From a virus (taxonomy: Duplodnaviria; Caudoviricetes), in the IMG/VR virus record IMGVR_UViG_3300032116_018935, positions 1-44,661 of that record: a stretch of DNA of 44,661 nt. One strand, given 5' to 3'. Below the pieces are notes generated by a model, which was given only the letters and a program-made list of their open reading frames with translations, was not told the DNA's origin and ran no database searches. The position numbers and the translations under genes are program-made. Positions within the stretch are counted from its first letter, which is position 1; each line of letters starts with the position of its first letter. This document shows positions 29,088-38,559 of the stretch, one piece after another.

Positions 29088-30152
29088 CTAGTCTCTCATA
29101 CACCCTAAAAGTTTATCGGCTGAATTTTTCCAACTAAATTCTTCTGCTGTTTTAATTCCATTGTTATTTGTCAATATTCTATTTTTATAGCAATCTCTCA
29201 TGTAGGCGATAATTTGATCTTTTTGTTCTTGGCCTATTTTTGCCCATTCGCCTGTCCCATCAAACCATAGATCGTCTTTTGCTGACTCCATAGAGTCTAT
29301 GTCTACTAGGTAAGAGTTGTCAGAATTGCAAAACTCTGTATGTGCCGAATAATTGGTGACTATTACTGGCTTACCCATTGACATTGTCTCTATAAGATCC
29401 AAGTTCCATCCTTCTGCTCTAGAAATATATAAGCCACAATGACTGTAACTTATTACTCTAGCAAGTTCAGATTGAGAAGATAGTCTAGGAAATATTTTAA
29501 TTTTTGATTTCATCTTATTGTTAGAAACCATATCCATCCAATATTGTTCCTTTTCTTCATCTAGAAAAGGGTTATGTGTCACCATCCATAATTCAACACT
29601 ATCGTTTGTGTCAAAAGCTTTTTCAAATAATTCTAGTATTACATCATGAGATTTTCTTTTTTCCCATTTTCCAACTGTAATAAATATATATCTATCATTA
29701 ATATTATTTGATCCAAAATTTTCTTGATTAAATATTGATCTATCAACACCCAAAGGAACCACACTAATTGGTTTATCGATTTTGTTTTGTAATACAATAT
29801 CTTTAGCCCAAGATGAGGATACTATAATATGATTAGGAAATTTTAAATGATGTAGCTCTCTATTAGAGAATTTTGTGCTTTCAAAAAATGGATAGGCAAA
29901 ATATTTACCATTACCAATTTTTCCAGCCAAATCAAATTGGTGCCATATTTTTAAGAACGGTGCATTGTAGTCGAAGTCGGCTTGTCGATTTATACATTCT
30001 GCTATGATATCATAGTCTGATTGATTATCTATTATAGGATTGCCCATATGAAACAATGAGACTTTGGATTGTTTATTTAATTCTTTAATAATATTTAGGG
30101 CTGCTATTCCATAGCCTGTTCCACCGATTGGACAATTGATATTTATATTCAT
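29088..30152 (-). CDS. Glycosyltransferase family 4 (GT-B)
   Basis: TGYG, VPLGVD, GKWEKRK, SRAEGWNLDLIETMSMGKPVIVT. Confidence 0.9.
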   Translation of the reverse strand: MNININCPIGGTGYGIAALNIIKELNKQSKVSLFHMGNPIIDNQSDYDIIAECINRQADFDYNAPFLKIWHQFDLAGKIGNGKYFAYPFFESTKFSNRELHHLKFPNHIIVSSSWAKDIVLQNKIDKPISVVPLGVDRSIFNQENFGSNNINDRYIFITVGKWEKRKSHDVILELFEKAFDTNDSVELWMVTHNPFLDEEKEQYWMDMVSNNKMKSKIKIFPRLSSQSELARVISYSHCGLYISRAEGWNLDLIETMSMGKPVIVTNYSAHTEFCNSDNSYLVDIDSMESAKDDLWFDGTGEWAKIGQEQKDQIIAYMRDCYKNRILTNNNGIKTAEEFSWKNSADKLLGCMRD

Positions 30153-31273
30153 TTTTCATATACCTTATTGTGAGTATTATTGACTTGTATAAATGTAGTC
30201 TTTTTACCAAAATCTTTTATCTTGTTTGCTCCTATATAAGTACATGCGCTACGAATACCTCCATAAATATCTTGTAATATTTCTTCTGCTCGGCCTTTAT
30301 ATGGCACTGTAACACATTTTCCTTCTGCTGTTCTATATTTTGCTACTCCATTATGATGTTTATTCATAGCATTTTTGCTACTCATACCATAATACTGAAG
30401 AGTGGTTTTTCTTGTTTTTGGAGGATCAAATTTATATCCTGGATCTAATGATTGCCAAAATCCCATACTTGTTAAATATTCATATTTCCATTCTCCCTCA
30501 CATTCATCAGCACCAGCAAACATACTTCCAAGCATAACAAAGTCAGTATTGCCTCCAAATGCTTTGCATATATCTCCAACCACTTTGCATCCTCCATCAG
30601 AACAAATATGTCCACCAAGACCATGAGCAGCATCGGCACATTCCATCACAGCACTCAATTGAGGGTATCCGACGCCAGTTTTTAAACGAGTGGTGCATAC
30701 ACTACCTGACCCTATACCGACCTTGACTATATCAACCTCTCCATGCATAATGAGTTCTTCTGTCATTTCTGGGGTCACAACATTTCCTGCCATTAAAATG
30801 GATTCCGGAAATAATTTTCTTATATGTGCTGCTGTTTTAACAAATTGTTCAGTGTATCCATTTGCAATATCTAAGCATATATTTGGTCCTGGACGATGTT
30901 TGCCTTCTGTCAGATGGTTATGAACATAAGACAATTTTTCTAGATCTTTCTGTCCAGTTCCTATAGAATAGAAAACTAGTTCTTTATTGGGAACATTGGG
31001 ATCACTATAAAAATCAATATATTTATCTGGCGAATAATGCTTATGTAAACAAGTTATAGCACCGTGCTTGACTAGTGATTTAGCCATAGCAAACGTTCCA
31101 ACAGTGTCCATGTTAGCAACCATAATTGGTACGACAGATAATTTGCGTGGAGAGTACTTAAACTTAAATTCTCTCTCTATACATACTTCTGACCTACTAT
31201 TAAGTGTTGATCTTTTTGGGCGAATCAATACATCATCAAAATCTAGTTTTATTTCATTAACAATTTTTTGCAT
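30149..31273 (-). CDS. guaC: GMP reductase
   Basis: KLDFDDVLIRPKRSTL, ANMDTVG, DIANGY, KVGIGSGSVCTTR, SDGGC, YGMSS, RSACTYIGA. Confidence 0.95.
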   Translation of the reverse strand: MQKIVNEIKLDFDDVLIRPKRSTLNSRSEVCIEREFKFKYSPRKLSVVPIMVANMDTVGTFAMAKSLVKHGAITCLHKHYSPDKYIDFYSDPNVPNKELVFYSIGTGQKDLEKLSYVHNHLTEGKHRPGPNICLDIANGYTEQFVKTAAHIRKLFPESILMAGNVVTPEMTEELIMHGEVDIVKVGIGSGSVCTTRLKTGVGYPQLSAVMECADAAHGLGGHICSDGGCKVVGDICKAFGGNTDFVMLGSMFAGADECEGEWKYEYLTSMGFWQSLDPGYKFDPPKTRKTTLQYYGMSSKNAMNKHHNGVAKYRTAEGKCVTVPYKGRAEEILQDIYGGIRSACTYIGANKIKDFGKKTTFIQVNNTHNKVYEK

Positions 31274-31296
31274 ACAAATTATTTCCTATAATTTGG

Positions 31297-32046
31297 TCAT
31301 AGATATTTGTCAAAATCATACGAGAGAATTTTTGAGGGGCCAAGGATATCATAATCCGCCATGAGCTTATTCCAATTTTTCATTTCATAAGGATTCTCAT
31401 AACCATCAATAAACTTTGGACTGATAGCATATGCCATTTTTGAGTCGATATGCATGCCTAGATATCCTTCTAGTCCAAATCGATCATGATAAAAATTTTG
31501 CCATGTTTTTGAAAAAATATCTTTATTTTTAAACCAAAAAAAAGCGCCGCTATAATGCCAAGGCACAAAATGTAGTGGACCAATTGGTTTATCTATTTTT
31601 AGAGTTCCACAGCATGAATAATTTTTTAGTATAGTACTTATATAATCAAAATTTGTTAAATTACGATTATACATAGTGTACGCCCATAAAAGACAGGCTA
31701 AATTAGCGCCTGTATAATACTTTGTTACTCCTTTGGAATGACCATAAAAAGTATATTCATTATCATTTAAAGAATATACCATAGGCATTAATTTATTTAT
31801 AAAAGGCGATATTTCATACAGTCCATTTACAGAAGAATTATCAGTGAATGTAAAGTATATGTCTTGATATTCACTAAAATTAGTTTGTATAAAATTTTGC
31901 GCAATATCTGAATCATTATAATTTACATTAATGATTTTTTTACCATTAAATTTGTGTAAATGTTGTTTTATCTCGCGTATATTAAAATATACTATAGGAT
32001 TTATATTTATTAAACACAAATGGTATATCAAATTATAGATGGGCAT
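31297..32046 (-). CDS. Putative glycosyltransferase-like / glycan-modifying protein
   Basis: FYGHSKG and HYSGAFFW motifs typical of phage glyco-island proteins. Confidence 0.55.
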   Translation of the reverse strand: MPIYNLIYHLCLININPIVYFNIREIKQHLHKFNGKKIINVNYNDSDIAQNFIQTNFSEYQDIYFTFTDNSSVNGLYEISPFINKLMPMVYSLNDNEYTFYGHSKGVTKYYTGANLACLLWAYTMYNRNLTNFDYISTILKNYSCCGTLKIDKPIGPLHFVPWHYSGAFFWFKNKDIFSKTWQNFYHDRFGLEGYLGMHIDSKMAYAISPKFIDGYENPYEMKNWNKLMADYDILGPSKILSYDFDKYL

Positions 32047-32053
32047 CTTTTAG

Positions 32054-32617
32054 TTAGGTATATATAACATAAAGAATATCATCATATCTATTTTTATAGC
32101 TTCTAAGATCGATTGATTTCGCATTTGATAGATATTCTTTTGGTGTGTGCTGTTTTAAAACTTCTATATGTGCAATATCTTGTATATCTTCTATTACTAG
32201 CAGTCCATTTGGCATCATTTTAGTTAAATAATTTTCTATAAACCAAATTTGCGATTCTAATGTGTGTGGACCGTCATCAATAATTATATCAAATTTTGGC
32301 AAATCTTTTATTGTATTGAGATCATATGCATCTTTAATTAAGTGTTTAACATTATTTAGTACTTTCCATTTTTCCTTTATATTATCCTCTATATCAATAC
32401 CAAGAATATTTCCATTATAAAAATACTTTCCCCAAAGATATAGGGATCCACCAGAATTAATTCCTATCTCAAGTAAAGAGATATTTTTATCTTGGTATTT
32501 TTTAAAAGCTTCTTCATAAAAATGTTCTACGTATGCGTGTGTAGTATTTTTGTCTGTTCCTATATAGTCAACAGTATTAAGATTGTCTGTTATATTTAGT
32601 ATTGTGTTTAAATTCAT
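32054..32617 (-). CDS. Class I SAM-dependent methyltransferase (sugar O-methyltransferase-like)
   Basis: GTDK...H, LLEIGI..GGSL..W, FDIIIDDGPH, LLVIED. Confidence 0.88.
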   Translation of the reverse strand: MNLNTILNITDNLNTVDYIGTDKNTTHAYVEHFYEEAFKKYQDKNISLLEIGINSGGSLYLWGKYFYNGNILGIDIEDNIKEKWKVLNNVKHLIKDAYDLNTIKDLPKFDIIIDDGPHTLESQIWFIENYLTKMMPNGLLVIEDIQDIAHIEVLKQHTPKEYLSNAKSIDLRSYKNRYDDILYVIYT

Positions 32618-33858
32618 GATAAAATCTTTGGTTCTGGGAGTAATATTAAAAATTTATTTTTGTATCCATATGATTTTAAAGACTTTATGATGAAATCACT
32701 AAAATTATGGGCTAGTATAAGTATGAAATCTGGATGTGTTTTCTCCAATATTGATCTCGGTAAGATTTCTATACCAGTTCCTGGCATAAATTTATTTTGT
32801 TTTATAGTGGTATCATCAATAATATAATCAATTATTTTATTATCAATATTAATAGCATTTAAGAATGTGCAACCCTTAGCAGCAGCGCCGAATCCAGCTA
32901 TTGATGCTCCTTTATTTTTTAGATCAAAAATGAAATCATGGCTTTTAGATAGTATATTTTTTATATTTTGTCCCCAAGATATATATTTATCTATGGATGA
33001 CCATTCAGAATCTATATTTAATCTCTGTTTCACACTATAGTTGCATGGTTGCCATGCTTTACCAAGTTCTCCACATCTAGAAATTAATAATCTAACAGAC
33101 CCGCCGTGTATTGGATGGTGTGTTATTTTTATGATTCTTAGATCAAACTCTTTTAATAATTGTTGGATTGGAGATATAGTATAATAGTATAGATGTTCAT
33201 GATATATTTGATCAAATTGATTTGTTTCAATGCTGGTTTTCCAATATGGGAATTCTAAGCACCATATTCCGTAGTCATCTAGACTTACAGAAATAGCTTC
33301 AACAAAATCTTTTATCCAATACGTATGTTGAAAACAATTGGTTGTAGTGATCAATTTAAATTTTTTATTTAATGTTTTTGCAAATTCAATATTCCAAAAA
33401 GCATTTATAGAAGGTATGCCATTATTATTAGCTTCGCAAACAAGATTTTCTGATGCGTCTACATTCAAGACATTTAGTTCTTTATTCTGTGATAAAAAAG
33501 CTTTTAGTAAAGTTCCGTCATTACCACCTATATCAAGGATATTGTCTCTACTGCTAAGATCAAGATAATGATTGACAAAATCAAACATTTCTATGCAGTG
33601 CTCAAAATATGGCTTAGATGTATTGGATGTATACAGGTAGTGTTTATAGAGAATGTTAGGATCTACTGATAAAGTCAGTGTAGATAACATACTTTTTGTA
33701 AAAAGTTGTACGGATAACGGGAACCTTTCGCAATTTAAAGAATCATTTTTTGATGAACATAAATTATTGACCAATGGCATATTGCCAAGATCAAGATATA
33801 CAATCTTGTCATCTGAATTTGTAATCGGACACGTATCAATTAGCTGTGTTTGTGTCAT
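32614..33858 (-). CDS. NDP-sugar C-methyltransferase family protein
   Basis: LDLGNMPL, DIGGNDGTLL, FDQIYHEHLYY, HGGSVR, GFGAAAKG, ILILAHNF. Confidence 0.9.
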   Translation of the reverse strand: MTQTQLIDTCPITNSDDKIVYLDLGNMPLVNNLCSSKNDSLNCERFPLSVQLFTKSMLSTLTLSVDPNILYKHYLYTSNTSKPYFEHCIEMFDFVNHYLDLSSRDNILDIGGNDGTLLKAFLSQNKELNVLNVDASENLVCEANNNGIPSINAFWNIEFAKTLNKKFKLITTTNCFQHTYWIKDFVEAISVSLDDYGIWCLEFPYWKTSIETNQFDQIYHEHLYYYTISPIQQLLKEFDLRIIKITHHPIHGGSVRLLISRCGELGKAWQPCNYSVKQRLNIDSEWSSIDKYISWGQNIKNILSKSHDFIFDLKNKGASIAGFGAAAKGCTFLNAINIDNKIIDYIIDDTTIKQNKFMPGTGIEILPRSILEKTHPDFILILAHNFSDFIIKSLKSYGYKNKFLILLPEPKILS

Positions 33859-34285
33859 GTTCTCTATTCAGAAAAGTTTTTTCTTTTTCAAAATTAATAA
33901 GGATTTCTTCATTTTTAGATATATATTTGTTAGATATAATATCTACATATAAATTACCATAGTTGAAAACCATATGAGCATTTGGATCATTGCTATGATT
34001 ATAGATAGAACCATAGCCTAATGCAGCATAGAATCCAAATCCATGAGTTTTGCACTCTTTACAGTCGCAGTATTTACCCGTATAAAAATATTGCCATATT
34101 TGAGGATCAGAATGATAACGAGATCTGAATCCTAGCGGAAGCAGAGGACATCTTTCTATTAGTTCTCCTTCTGTTATATCTGCAGAAGCAAAAACACCCC
34201 TAAAACGAATAGTAGAATTTTTTACTACAACCTTTGTATTAGGTACGAATTGAATATCAGATTCTATTATGCTATTTTCTATCAT
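33836..34285 (-). CDS. SET-domain protein
   Basis: RGVFA..DI..GELIE, YNHSNDPNA, NEEILIN. Confidence 0.85.
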   Translation of the reverse strand: MIENSIIESDIQFVPNTKVVVKNSTIRFRGVFASADITEGELIERCPLLPLGFRSRYHSDPQIWQYFYTGKYCDCKECKTHGFGFYAALGYGSIYNHSNDPNAHMVFNYGNLYVDIISNKYISKNEEILINFEKEKTFLNREHDTNTAN

Positions 34286-34814
34286 AATTAAAAAAATACC
34301 ATCTGTTATAGTTTTTAATTTCTGGTAAAGTATCTATATCGTGCAAATATTTTTTAAGATCATCCCAAGAAGAAAAAATCATATCATGAGGAATAGTACC
34401 AAAAAGCCAGTCTGGAGCATTTTCTTTACCTTGCACCATATGTATTATAATTGGTTTTTTTTGTCTGTTAGCCCAAAAAATTTCTTCATAAGTTCCACAT
34501 GGATGAATTTCTAAATCAAGATTTACTATCAGAAAGTCACTAATATCCACTAGTCTCAAATCTACTGATCGTATAGTTTTCATTAATTTGGATAGTTCAT
34601 CAAAATTCTTTTCTAGTTTGAGACTTTTTTTATATTGATACACTGTAAAGTCTTCCATACCTATAGCCGATGGTTTTTTGATCGGATTAAATACAGTTAT
34701 ACCTAAAGACTCTAAAAATGGGGTTATCTGATCTCTCCATCCATTTCCTCTGTCTGCAACTCTATCCATTGCACCAGCTAAATATGTTCTTTGATTATTT
34801 AATCTATTATGCAT
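34272..34814 (-). CDS. Nucleoside 2-deoxyribosyltransferase-like protein
   Basis: YLAGAM, WR, VFNP, DLRLVDISD, GTYEE. Confidence 0.85.
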   Translation of the reverse strand: MHNRLNNQRTYLAGAMDRVADRGNGWRDQITPFLESLGITVFNPIKKPSAIGMEDFTVYQYKKSLKLEKNFDELSKLMKTIRSVDLRLVDISDFLIVNLDLEIHPCGTYEEIFWANRQKKPIIIHMVQGKENAPDWLFGTIPHDMIFSSWDDLKKYLHDIDTLPEIKNYNRWYFFNYDRK

Positions 34815-35808
34815 TTCTATTTTTTTCTATTTGATTTAATGCTTTAATTACAGAATTAACCATATTATTTTCAGAATGCTCCGAAGCGATTCTGTTGCAG
34901 TCTAGTGGGTTTATGGAGTTGCGATTTTTCCATGCTTCAATAAAATCATCTTCATTATTGACAAAAAATCCATTAACTCCATTTTTTATGTAATCTTTCC
35001 ATCCTCCTATGTTTGTAGCAAATATGATATTGCCATATCCTGCTGCTTGTTTTCCAGACAATGTTGCCGATATTGGATAATTTTGTAATTGAGTGTTAAC
35101 TTTAGATCTCTTATATAAATCAATTTTTAATTTTTCTGGTATTGAACCAAGATAGAATGTATTTTTATTATCGATAAAATTTAATAATGGATATCCATGG
35201 TCTATGGGTCCAGCGAAATAAGCTTTTATACTATGTTTATTACATATCTGTGCAAGCAATATTGATTGATACATATCACAATGTCTTGAGCATTGGAATA
35301 TAAAATCTTCTTTTTCATATGTTAATATTTCTTGCATAGTTGGCATTTGTGGACCTATAACTATATCATATATGTTTGCATCCGACGGATAAACTGTTTC
35401 TTGATGATCTCTATCAAAAGCAAGAATATGTTTAATGTTGTGATGAACTGTTTCTCTCCATCCAACAGGCCATACAACTTCAGTTATATCAGGACACTCA
35501 GATCTATTTATAGATATATTATATGTATGATGAAATATTATATCATATTGATTTATTTGTGGTAATAATTGATTAATCGGATATCCAAATTTAATTTTTT
35601 TAATTGTATCAAGATCAAGAACAAAACACTGTTGTTTTTTGTGAAATCTTACATTTTCAAAACAGTTAGGATATCCGTATATATGAAAATCAGAAAATTT
35701 TTCCAATAAACTAGCCGCAATAATTCTACCACCGCCATAATTTTTAGGATCATATGCGTAATCTTCAAATAATGGTCCTTCATTAAGATCAAAATATGCT
35801 ATTTTCAT
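34807..35808 (-). CDS. GT-B fold glycosyltransferase (GT4-like, divergent)
   Basis: YGGG, FAGP, YLGSI, GGWKDYIKNGVNGF. Confidence 0.75.
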   Translation of the reverse strand: MKIAYFDLNEGPLFEDYAYDPKNYGGGRIIAASLLEKFSDFHIYGYPNCFENVRFHKKQQCFVLDLDTIKKIKFGYPINQLLPQINQYDIIFHHTYNISINRSECPDITEVVWPVGWRETVHHNIKHILAFDRDHQETVYPSDANIYDIVIGPQMPTMQEILTYEKEDFIFQCSRHCDMYQSILLAQICNKHSIKAYFAGPIDHGYPLLNFIDNKNTFYLGSIPEKLKIDLYKRSKVNTQLQNYPISATLSGKQAAGYGNIIFATNIGGWKDYIKNGVNGFFVNNEDDFIEAWKNRNSINPLDCNRIASEHSENNMVNSVIKALNQIEKNRNA

Positions 35809-37079
35809 GATATTATTTCTAGTTTAGGAAGTGGAAAGATAAAAGATACTCCAGAGTTTATTGTATTTTTTTCTCTCTCAAGAATCTCTTGTTTAAAATG
35901 CCATGGTCCAACTAGATAATAATCAGGTTTCATATTTCGGCTCTCTTCTTCTGATAAAATCTGTATGCCACTTAAAGTTTTTGCTCCATATTTTTCGGGA
36001 CTTCTTTCAGAAGCATACTGAATGTATTTAACTATACTATCGCCAAAACAATAGCCAAGCAGGGTATTTATTTTTGTTGAAGCACCATACAAGTGTACTG
36101 TTTTATTTTTTGAAATGATTTGCTCATCAAAAAATTTGAGCAACTCTAGTTTTTGTACTGACACTCTTTTTTCAAAATTTAAATATATATCATTTTCATC
36201 CAAGCATAGATCAAATTCTGCTATTCTTAGTTTCATTAGAGATAATTCTCTGTCAATAGTATTATGCTGCTGACTATGAATCTTTGTCGCATAACAACAA
36301 ATACTTCCACCATTTATAGAGTTAGTTTCTGCATAAACCAGCTTTAATCCACATTCTTTTAATAAGTGCTCTATAGGAGCAAGATGATAATGCTCCAGAT
36401 GTTCACTACAGAATGTATCGTAACATAAATTTTCTATAATAAATGGCAGATAGGCCATTTCGAATATCCATATTCCATTATCTGATAGTATATTATTTAT
36501 TGATTTGCAAAATGTTTTTGGATCATCTAAATCATAGAAACACGCAATAGATGTTATAATATCAAATTTTTTATCACATATAACTTTTTCTAATGTTGTA
36601 CTAGGGAATAGTTCGTTGATGACAGTGATATGTTTAAGTTTATCAATATTCTTTCTTGTAATATCCGAGGGATCTACGCCATAAAATTGAATGTTTTGAT
36701 TAGAAGGATAATTTTGTAATAAAGTACCATCGTTCATTGCTATATCAAGAACCATTTTTGGTTCAGGAATAAACTCTATAGCTTTATTTACAATAGAATG
36801 AAGATGACTTCTCATTGTGGAACTGATTCCTGATTCATACCAATAATTAGAGTACATAATTTCTGGTGGTATAGTATGAGCAGTTTGTACGAGGCCACAC
36901 GCATTTTCATTGTCTTTTGTATTGCATCTAATGATTTTATTAGGAATTTTTCTATATGAGACTAGTGGCCTATCTGGTTTAATAAAAGACCCTTGAAGAT
37001 ATTGACTACCTAGATCTATAATTTCTGTAAGATTAGTGTTTCCACAAATTCTACAAGTTGTTCTATGTTTTATATTCAT
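35805..37079 (-). CDS. NDP-sugar C-methyltransferase family protein (second paralogue)
   Basis: CRICG...CGLVQ Zn motif, DIAMNDGTLL, EHLEHY, NGGS, YGASTK, PWHF. Confidence 0.9.
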   Translation of the reverse strand: MNIKHRTTCRICGNTNLTEIIDLGSQYLQGSFIKPDRPLVSYRKIPNKIIRCNTKDNENACGLVQTAHTIPPEIMYSNYWYESGISSTMRSHLHSIVNKAIEFIPEPKMVLDIAMNDGTLLQNYPSNQNIQFYGVDPSDITRKNIDKLKHITVINELFPSTTLEKVICDKKFDIITSIACFYDLDDPKTFCKSINNILSDNGIWIFEMAYLPFIIENLCYDTFCSEHLEHYHLAPIEHLLKECGLKLVYAETNSINGGSICCYATKIHSQQHNTIDRELSLMKLRIAEFDLCLDENDIYLNFEKRVSVQKLELLKFFDEQIISKNKTVHLYGASTKINTLLGYCFGDSIVKYIQYASERSPEKYGAKTLSGIQILSEEESRNMKPDYYLVGPWHFKQEILEREKNTINSGVSFIFPLPKLEIIS

Positions 37080-37085
37080 TGTCTC

Positions 37086-37217
37086 TCAAGAATTAATTAG
37101 AAATTTTATGATATTTGAATCGGATTTATAATATTTAGAATAGGATCCAGATATATTAACTTTTTTTATACCATCATAAATTCCAAAAATAATGCAAAAT
37201 GCTAGCAATAAGTACAT
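37086..37217 (-). CDS. Small membrane protein (43 aa), missing from the ORF track
   Basis: Hand translation MYLLLAFCIIFGIYDGIKKVNISGSYSKYYKSDSNIIKFLINS*; fills the gap between neighbours. Confidence 0.55.
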   Translation of the reverse strand: MYLLLAFCIIFGIYDGIKKVNISGSYSKYYKSDSNIIKFLINS

Positions 37218-37218
37218 A

Positions 37219-37767
37219 TTATTTCCTCAATTGATAAATAAACACTGGTACATCATTCCAAATATCATTTATTAAATCAGAAACAAAATCCCATTGTCCA
37301 CCAGCCAATCCACAGCCGAATTTTGGTGCATGTATTTCGATTTTCTGATCTTCATTATTTTTTTTAAAACTATGAATGTAGGATTTAATTTCATACATAC
37401 AAGTAACTAGTGAGCCATAATTTAATGGTCTTGGATTTTTGGGTCCTATAGTTCTATTTTGAGCTATCATATTGGCAAATATTATTGCATGTTTATAGTT
37501 GGGTTCAATATGAGTATTAACGAATTGAGTATGTCCCAATTTAGCCTTTGATCCAAGTAAATGAAAATTAACTTTTACTATCGGAAATTTTTCCGCTACC
37601 TGTCCAGCAAATCCTGCACCAAAAGCATTGACATTATTGCAAACGTGAGGAACTATAACAGTGGCGCCATTTTTAGCACCATGTACTCTCATTGAGATAT
37701 GTTCAAAAATATTTTTATCTTTAACCAAAAAGTAATGATTAAAAATTGGATTCATTTTTGTATTCAT
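37219..37767 (-). CDS. Macrodomain protein (Poa1p/TARG1/DarG-like)
   Basis: HVCNNVNAFGAGFA and HAPKFGCGLAGGQW glycine loops. Confidence 0.85.
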   Translation of the reverse strand: MNTKMNPIFNHYFLVKDKNIFEHISMRVHGAKNGATVIVPHVCNNVNAFGAGFAGQVAEKFPIVKVNFHLLGSKAKLGHTQFVNTHIEPNYKHAIIFANMIAQNRTIGPKNPRPLNYGSLVTCMYEIKSYIHSFKKNNEDQKIEIHAPKFGCGLAGGQWDFVSDLINDIWNDVPVFIYQLRK

Positions 37768-37769
37768 AA

Positions 37770-38096
37770 TTATCTTTCTATTGAGTCCCATTTTCCTAGA
37801 GGACATTTTTGGTCCGCCCATGCCAATTTATTCATGAAAATTTTTTTTGTATTTATATTGCATCCGCAAACAAGACACTGGTGATTTTTCCTATCGAACA
37901 TATCGCATACGGTGCAAATATTATATCTATAATTGATTTCCTCCGTAGTACTTTTAGGAAATCCGGAATATACATGAAATAAAAGAGATTTTAAAAAAGT
38001 TTTAACTTTGACGAGAAATCTCTTTAGGATCTCTATATTCTTTGAGAGGCAATATATTTCCATCATTATCTCTCTTATAAAGATCCGTAAAAACAA
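37770..38096 (-). CDS. Small Cys-rich protein (start uncertain)
   Basis: RYNICTVC...CLVCGC...KL...CPLGKW. Confidence 0.7.
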   Translation of the reverse strand: MFLRIFIREIMMEIYCLSKNIEILKRFLVKVKTFLKSLLFHVYSGFPKSTTEEINYRYNICTVCDMFDRKNHQCLVCGCNINTKKIFMNKLAWADQKCPLGKWDSIER

Positions 38097-38259
38097 TTGG
38101 AGTTGATCCTTCTAGCCATGATCCAATTCCCCTTAATATAGATACGCAATAATATTTAACTGGTTTTGAATTCCTAAAATCACTTGTTTTTAACAAAATT
38201 TCTTCTTTATTGTCCTTCGTGAAAAAATTACCTGGTTCAAGTTCTTCAAGGTAGATCAT
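38002..38259 (-). CDS. Hypothetical protein
   Basis: Start MIYLEEL overlapping the upstream stop. Confidence 0.65.
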   Translation of the reverse strand: MIYLEELEPGNFFTKDNKEEILLKTSDFRNSKPVKYYCVSILRGIGSWLEGSTPIVFTDLYKRDNDGNILPLKEYRDPKEISRQS

Positions 38260-38437
38260 TCTGCCACTCGTCCCATATTTCTTCTTCAAATACGTCTTGC
38301 TTATGTTTCTTGAATTGTTTCTTTAACTTATTCTGATCTCTAGACTCTAAGTTATAATCCTTCTTATCGAAGGACTTTTTCTTCTTTATACTATTTCTTC
38401 GAACGTCTTTTCTGTTATCTGGATCTGAATGGCTCAT
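38246..38437 (-). CDS. Small charged hypothetical protein
   Basis: Start MSHSD with AGGGA RBS downstream of a promoter. Confidence 0.65.
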   Translation of the reverse strand: MSHSDPDNRKDVRRNSIKKKKSFDKKDYNLESRDQNKLKKQFKKHKQDVFEEEIWDEWQNDLP

Positions 38438-38456
38438 GTTTTTTCCCTGACTACTC

Positions 38457-38484
38457 ATTATATGTGACTCCGAAAGAAATGCAA
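38457..38484 (-). promoter_or_regulatory. Sigma70-like promoter heading the macrodomain/glyco-island unit
   Basis: TTGCAT-N16-TATAAT. Confidence 0.6.
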
Positions 38485-38559
38485 GTCCACGATAATAAAA
38501 ATTTTATCGCTTGACTACTAGTGTCTCAGCAGTTATATCTTATGCAGAGGTGATTGATA

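Noticed and set aside
30149-31273. IMP dehydrogenase call
   Set aside because: No CBS domains, and RPKRSTL, ANMDTVG and DIANGY match GuaC
38511-38539. Plus-strand TTGACT-N17-TATATC promoter-like sequence
   Set aside because: Points antisense into the trypsin gene with no credible plus-strand gene; plausible by chance in AT-rich DNA, though an antisense RNA is not excluded
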